A DNA stretch of 63,613 bases, the filler included, from Candidatus Woesearchaeota archaeon (GTDB lineage Archaea; Nanobdellota; Nanobdellia; Woesearchaeales; BM511): the NCBI GenBank assembly GCA_023266675.1. It is 4 parts of 4 records of this genome, joined end to end, with 100 filler letters (N's around TTAATTAATTAA, not from the genome) between each part and the next. Parts side by side here need not be neighbours in the genome. Positions count along the whole stretch, not along the records: positions 45,740 to 63,613 come from JAHFPP010000021.1; 3 more parts are not named here. One strand, written 5' to 3'. A program made the translations under genes and the position numbers. The notes under the pieces are model-generated. The model was not told the DNA's origin. It searched no databases and saw only the letters and a list, made by a program, of their open reading frames with translations. Shown here piece by piece: positions 58,826-63,613 of this stretch (its first letter is position 1; every line of letters begins with the position of its first letter).

Positions 58826-60145
58826 ATGGTAAAAAAAGAAACAAAAAAAAATACAAAGGAAGAACATGTTCATGATACTAAATCTGTAAAGGAATCAATT
58901 GTTCATGCTGCTAAACCTTTAAAGGAAAAACCTTCACAGCCAATGGTAAATATCGGCCTTGTAGGTCACGTTGACCACGGCAAAACAACCTTGACAGAGA
59001 AGCTTTCAGGCAAATGGACAGACACTCATTCTGAAGAAGTTAAGCGTGGAATAACAATAAGACTTGGATACGCTGACGCATCATTCTACAAATGCAAGAA
59101 ATGCGGCAGATACGGCACAAAGCCAAAGTGTAAATGCGAAGAAACAGCAGAAAAAGTTCGAACTGTATCTTTTGTTGACGCTCCAGGCCACGAATCACTT
59201 ATGGCAACAATGCTTTCAGGCGCAACAATAATCGACGGAGCATTACTTCTTGTTGCAGCAAACGAACCATGCCCGCAGCCTCAAACAAAAGAGCACGTGA
59301 TGGCGCTTGAAATTCTTGGACTGAAAAACATCATAATCGTTCAAAACAAAATTGATTTAGTCCCTGAAGATAGGGCTATTCGAAACTATAAGGAAATAAA
59401 AGAGTTTTTAAAAAACACACCTTTCAAAGATGCGCCTATAATACCAATCTCAGCGCAGTACGACGTCAACATAGACAAACTTATTGAAGGAATCGAAGAA
59501 TTCATTCCATCTCCAAACAGAGACCCAAAAAGCGAACCAGTTTTTATAATCGCAAGAAGCTTTGACATCAATAAGCCAGGTACAAAGATAAAAGACATAA
59601 AAGGCGGAGTTCTTGGCGGCGCGCTTAAATCAGGAATACTAAAAGTTGGAGACGAAATAGAAATCCGGCCAGGAAAAGTAACAGAAGAAGCACACAGACT
59701 AAAAGCAAAACCAATTATGACCAAAATTACAGGGATAGTCTCTGGCGGCGCGCACGTTGAAGAAATCGGACCAGGCGGCACGATAGGAATACTTACAACG
59801 CTTGACCCATCAATAGTCAAGTCAGACAAACTCACAGGAAACATCGCAGGACATTTAGGAAAACTTCCTCCTATATGGTATGATATCAAGCTTGAAACAA
59901 ATCTTCTTGAAAGAGTCGTTGGCGCAAAAGAAGACGTAGTTGTCGAACCATTAAAACTTGGAGAATCACTAATGCTCAACGTAAACTCAGAAGCAACTGT
60001 TGGCGTTGTAGTAAAACTCTCAAAAGACTTAATCGACTGCAAATTAAAGCTTCCAATATGCGCAAACAAAGGCGCAAGGGTAACAATCTCAAGACGAGTC
60101 GGAACACGATTCAGACTTATTGGCTACGGAATAATCAAAGCGTAA
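58826..60145 (+). CDS. eif2g: Translation initiation factor aIF2 gamma
   Basis: GHVDHGKTT, RGITIRLGY, DAPGHE, QNKID, RLIGYG. Confidence 0.97.
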   Translation: MVKKETKKNTKEEHVHDTKSVKESIVHAAKPLKEKPSQPMVNIGLVGHVDHGKTTLTEKLSGKWTDTHSEEVKRGITIRLGYADASFYKCKKCGRYGTKPKCKCEETAEKVRTVSFVDAPGHESLMATMLSGATIIDGALLLVAANEPCPQPQTKEHVMALEILGLKNIIIVQNKIDLVPEDRAIRNYKEIKEFLKNTPFKDAPIIPISAQYDVNIDKLIEGIEEFIPSPNRDPKSEPVFIIARSFDINKPGTKIKDIKGGVLGGALKSGILKVGDEIEIRPGKVTEEAHRLKAKPIMTKITGIVSGGAHVEEIGPGGTIGILTTLDPSIVKSDKLTGNIAGHLGKLPPIWYDIKLETNLLERVVGAKEDVVVEPLKLGESLMLNVNSEATVGVVVKLSKDLIDCKLKLPICANKGARVTISRRVGTRFRLIGYGIIKA

Positions 60146-60236
60146 TTCTTTTCTATAAATTATATAAATACTGCAATAATTGTTTATTCTTTTTGTGATA
60201 GATAACTATAAATAATCTGTTATTTCAAGATTGAAT

Positions 60237-60653
60237 ATGGTTGAGAAGTATTATATTGATACATCCATCTGGATGGATTTATATGAAAATAGAAAAGGCT
60301 TTAGAAATGAGCCTTTAGGAGATTATGCTTTGAAGCTTTTATCAATGATAAAATCCAAGGATAATAAACTCATTGTTACAGATCTTTTGATTAGAGAGCT
60401 TGAGATGAATTATTCTATAGCGGAGATTAATGGTATGTTCAAACCATTTGAGAAAATTAAAGAAAAAATAATGACTACTGAAAAACAATTTGATGAAGCT
60501 AAAAAGATAGCTTTAGAGAGAAATGTGCCAAAAGGTGATGCTTTACATGCGATAATTTCAAGAGACCAGAAATCCATATTAATAACACGAGATAAACATT
60601 TTAAACAATTAGAAGATATTTCCAAAAGTTACAAACCTGAAGAGCTTATCTGA
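60237..60653 (+). CDS. PIN-domain protein
   Basis: YIDTSIW, DALHA, ITRDKHF. Confidence 0.85.
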   Translation: MVEKYYIDTSIWMDLYENRKGFRNEPLGDYALKLLSMIKSKDNKLIVTDLLIRELEMNYSIAEINGMFKPFEKIKEKIMTTEKQFDEAKKIALERNVPKGDALHAIISRDQKSILITRDKHFKQLEDISKSYKPEELI

Positions 60654-60692
60654 ATCTTTCTGATATGTCAAAAATAAAATTTTTGAGCATGC

Positions 60693-60977
60693 TCAAGAAC
60701 TGGGTATTATTTCTTTTTTTAAAACAGTTCTTGATAATTCCTCAAACGCTTTCTCTCTTACCAATTCATATTTGGCTTCAGTTGTTTTTTTCTTAGAATT
60801 TCCTTTGAATTTAGAAATATCAATCATTGCCTGCTTTAGCTTTGCTTCCTCTACTTTCTCTCTTAAAGCGTTTCTAATAAATTCTGTCCTATTTTGATAG
60901 CCTTGAGTTTTTACAACTTCATCAATCTCTTTAAGAAAGGAATCATCCATCTTTACAGTTATCATATCAGTTGTCAT
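60693..60977 (-). CDS. CopG/RHH regulator (antitoxin-like)
   Basis: ITVKMDD...NRTEFIRNALR. Confidence 0.8.
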   Translation of the reverse strand: MTTDMITVKMDDSFLKEIDEVVKTQGYQNRTEFIRNALREKVEEAKLKQAMIDISKFKGNSKKKTTEAKYELVREKAFEELSRTVLKKEIIPSS

Positions 60978-61013
60978 ATAGCTAAGGTATATACAATGTA
61001 TATATAAATCTTT

Positions 61014-61562
61014 TTACTTTCTTAGCATAGTTCTAATCAAGTCGGCTTTTGTAAGAATACCAATATAATTGCCTTTGTAAGAGACTAATACTAACGGATA
61101 ATACTTTAATAGGTGTGACGCAGCATCAATATCTGCACTGCACGAAACTATCGGCGGCGCCTCAGACATTATTTCACTTATTTTTAGATTAGGGTCGTTA
61201 GTCTTTATCAAAGAGTCTAAAAGAATGCTTTCTGATATTAATCCAACAACGCTGTTGTTTTCAATAACAGGCGCCTGAGAAATCTCGTACTTTTTCATCT
61301 TCTCAATAGCTGACTTTAACGTGTCATTTGGAGAGAGGCTGATAATGTTTTTCACAATTATGCTTTCAACCTTGATGTTCTTCTTGTTGTTTAACGAGTC
61401 AATAGCACTAAATATCTTCTGCGCTTTTGTATACGCTGGGTCAAGAATGCCAGCCTCAACCTTTGCTATGAGTGACTGCGAAACGCCGGACAATTTTGCT
61501 AACTCTCCCTGCGTCAAGTTAAGCTTTTTTCTTAATGGTTTAATCTCAGATATCTCAAACAT
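61014..61562 (-). CDS. HTH (XRE) + CBS transcriptional regulator
   Basis: LTQGELAKLSGVSQSLIAKVEAG plus CBS pair. Confidence 0.9.
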   Translation of the reverse strand: MFEISEIKPLRKKLNLTQGELAKLSGVSQSLIAKVEAGILDPAYTKAQKIFSAIDSLNNKKNIKVESIIVKNIISLSPNDTLKSAIEKMKKYEISQAPVIENNSVVGLISESILLDSLIKTNDPNLKISEIMSEAPPIVSCSADIDAASHLLKYYPLVLVSYKGNYIGILTKADLIRTMLRK

Positions 61563-61594
61563 ACATAAAGAATAATTTACACTTATTTATATTC

Positions 61595-61991
61595 GTTGTG
61601 GAATAACTCTTTCACCAGTTAACAGCGAAGGTCTATTCAAACAAAAATGTTTGAATAGGCCGTGTTTTGCTCAAGCTTTTCTTAAAATGTTGTAACTTTT
61701 TCGCCAGTTCCGAAGCAATGAAATTGCTAGGAGCCAAAAACTTTGTTTTTGAGCTAACAGCGAAGGTCTATTCAAACAAAAATGTTTGAATATGCCGTGT
61801 TTTGCTCAAGCTTTTCTTAAAAGGTTGTTGGAATAACTCTTTCGCCAGTTCCGAAGCAATGAAATTGCTAGGAGCCAAAAACTTTGTTTTTGAGCTAACA
61901 GCGAGGGTCTATTCAGCGTTTTGCTGAATAGCCCTTGTTTTGATTAAACTTTTTCTAAAAGTTTAGTGGGATAACTCTTTCGCTAGTTAAC
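61595..61991. repeat. Tandem array (~3 x 135-141 bp) of REP-like hairpin units
   Basis: TAACAGCGA(A/G)GGTCTATTCA at 61620, 61755, 61896; intervening sequence also repeated. Confidence 0.85.
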
Positions 61992-62138
61992 AATTATCTT
62001 CTTCAGTTGTTTTTAACCTAACCACTATAGTTATGCTTAATATCTCCAAAACGTCTCAATCATATAGAAAAATATATAAACCATGAATCTAAGAATTAAG
62101 ATATAATACTAATTATCTAAACTTGAGGTGTTAAAAAT

Positions 62139-62693
62139 ATGAAAATATTCACAAATAAAAAAGGGGATTTAAGCCTTTCAGTAAACGCTATAGTCATACT
62201 GGTCATCGCAGTCATATTCTTAGGGCTTGCAATCGGATTCACAACAAAAATGCTTAGAACAAGCAGTGAAAGTCTTCTGCCTGCAATTGAAAATGTAGAT
62301 ATTTCTACACCCGCCGATTCAGAACATCCTATACGAATGGATGGTACTCTATCTATTAAATCAGGTTCGCAGAAACCTTTTGGTATAAGTTTTTATAACA
62401 AAAAATCTACAGATGCATCAGATGCGGTCCCTTATATCCAATGCTCATCAGATGGGACTGATAAATTTGATTCGACAACAACTAAAAAAATTAAGTTTAT
62501 AGCTCTTAAAACAACAGTTGCTCCACACGCATTACAAAATTTTAAGGCGATATTAGATGCAGGAACAACAAGTGGGTCAGCAATGGATACAAAAACTTAT
62601 TTATGTACTCTCATGATAGCTAAATCAACTACGGGTGTTCCAACAGCTGATATTTATGAATCTGTACAAATATCTTTAGAAGTATCAGGATAA
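62139..62693 (+). CDS. Pilin-like protein (class III signal)
   Basis: KKG/DLSLSVNAIVILVIAV. Confidence 0.75.
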   Translation: MKIFTNKKGDLSLSVNAIVILVIAVIFLGLAIGFTTKMLRTSSESLLPAIENVDISTPADSEHPIRMDGTLSIKSGSQKPFGISFYNKKSTDASDAVPYIQCSSDGTDKFDSTTTKKIKFIALKTTVAPHALQNFKAILDAGTTSGSAMDTKTYLCTLMIAKSTTGVPTADIYESVQISLEVSG

Positions 62694-62734
62694 GTTTATA
62701 CCTTATTTTTTAAAATTAATTTAGGTGATTACTC

Positions 62735-62956
62735 ATGAAAAAACGATTAAGTCAAAGCGAAGAATTCGAGATAATGAAACTGGTCTTAGATAAATTTCTC
62801 TGGCTTGGTTTTGGGATAATGGCTTTTGGACTCTATAAAATTATTAGCGGTGGAGTCGACTCACTTGCAAATGGTGTAGCATTCCTTTTTGGAGGAGCTG
62901 CAATACTTGTATTGTTCTTAATAATAATCATAAAAGAATTTGAGTTTATACGATAA
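62735..62956 (+). CDS. Small conserved membrane protein
   Basis: GGTGA RBS; two TMs. Confidence 0.65.
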   Translation: MKKRLSQSEEFEIMKLVLDKFLWLGFGIMAFGLYKIISGGVDSLANGVAFLFGGAAILVLFLIIIIKEFEFIR

Positions 62957-62980
62957 TCTTAATATAAATTAGATGCTAAA

Positions 62981-63556
62981 ATGAACAAAAAAGGAATGGA
63001 ACTTTCTATAAATTTTATAGTCATTCTTATAATAACTTTAATAGTATTTGGTGGATGTTTGTACATAGCTGCAAATCTTTTCAAGAATATAGACAAATTA
63101 AAAGATCAGATGGATAAACAAACCCAAGACCGGTTAGAATCAATGATTACAAGTGGAAATGAAGAAGTTGTAATTGCTTTTAACAAAAAAGAAGTTAAAA
63201 TTGGTGATGCAGCAATCTTTGGAATAGGAGTATTAAATACTTTAGGTAGTCAAGCAGAGTTTAGTATAACCATTCAACCTTCACAAGCTTTTGACATTAA
63301 AGGACAACAATTACCTAATTTTGGTCCATCAGATAAAGGAGGATGGAGATATCTAGCTTCTGACAATATCGGTTCAATAGAAAATCATGATTATAAAACA
63401 AGATCGATAGTTCTTATTACATCAGCTAATCCTGTTCAAGGCGCAACTTATATCTTTGACGGTCAGGTTTATTATAAAACCACACCAACATCTACTCCTA
63501 CTCCATATCCATTAGGGGCATCTTCAGTCAAGAAAATTCGTGTTTCAATAATTTAG
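62981..63556 (+). CDS. Pilin-like protein (class III signal)
   Basis: KKG/MELSINFIVILII. Confidence 0.75.
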   Translation: MNKKGMELSINFIVILIITLIVFGGCLYIAANLFKNIDKLKDQMDKQTQDRLESMITSGNEEVVIAFNKKEVKIGDAAIFGIGVLNTLGSQAEFSITIQPSQAFDIKGQQLPNFGPSDKGGWRYLASDNIGSIENHDYKTRSIVLITSANPVQGATYIFDGQVYYKTTPTSTPTPYPLGASSVKKIRVSII

Positions 63557-63613
63557 AAAGCGCATAAGAGTTCTTCAATAACGTATCTTAGATTCTTTGC
63601 TTTTACAACTGCG

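Noticed and set aside
59386..60069. 227-aa antisense ORF and many similar shadow ORFs (e.g. 133-510, 7680-8030, 27513-28175)
   Set aside because: They overlap well-supported genes or RNA elements and have no motifs; explained by codon bias.
61620..61904. TAACAGCGA shared between the tandem repeat and attC-like sites 3 and 4
   Set aside because: Only 9 bp; lacks the NN-TGTT arm and CCCAAAT, so treated as coincidence.
61595..61991. Possible CRISPR array
   Set aside because: The intervening sequences are themselves repeated, units are ~135-141 bp, and no cas genes are present.

Overview
AT-rich archaeal DNA (topoisomerase VI A/B, ABCE1, rps6e, aIF2-gamma, intron-containing tRNA-Gln, class III signal-peptide pilins). 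Gene content and style suggest a DPANN/Woesearchaeota-type genome (inference). The window is four contigs joined by artificial N-TTAATTAATTAA-N linkers (20466-20565, 40394-40493, 45640-45739), so adjacency across these is not evidence. The main signal is an integron-like system at ~6875-13517. It has an intact tyrosine recombinase with an IntI-like N-terminus and IKSPLD C-terminus that appears to lack the IntI-specific insertion. A tRNA-like RNA with a 47-nt variable arm lies just upstream of it. Four gene cassettes follow, delimited by GTT crossover points and 110-140 bp attC-like hairpins sharing a non-canonical architecture (AACA-11/12 bp stem ... 2-nt bulge-TGTT, internal CCCAAAT). Each cassette's own 5' and 3' ends are complementary well beyond the core site, and the cassettes appear to carry their own TATA promoters. 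Other points: a MITE with an 8-bp TSD, a dispersed/tandem REP-like hairpin family, a type IV pilus/adhesin locus with a Cys-rich disintegrin-like protein, an intact GGEEF diguanylate cyclase, a flavodoxin-FNR fusion, and an integrase-less toxin-antitoxin islet at tRNA-Gln.
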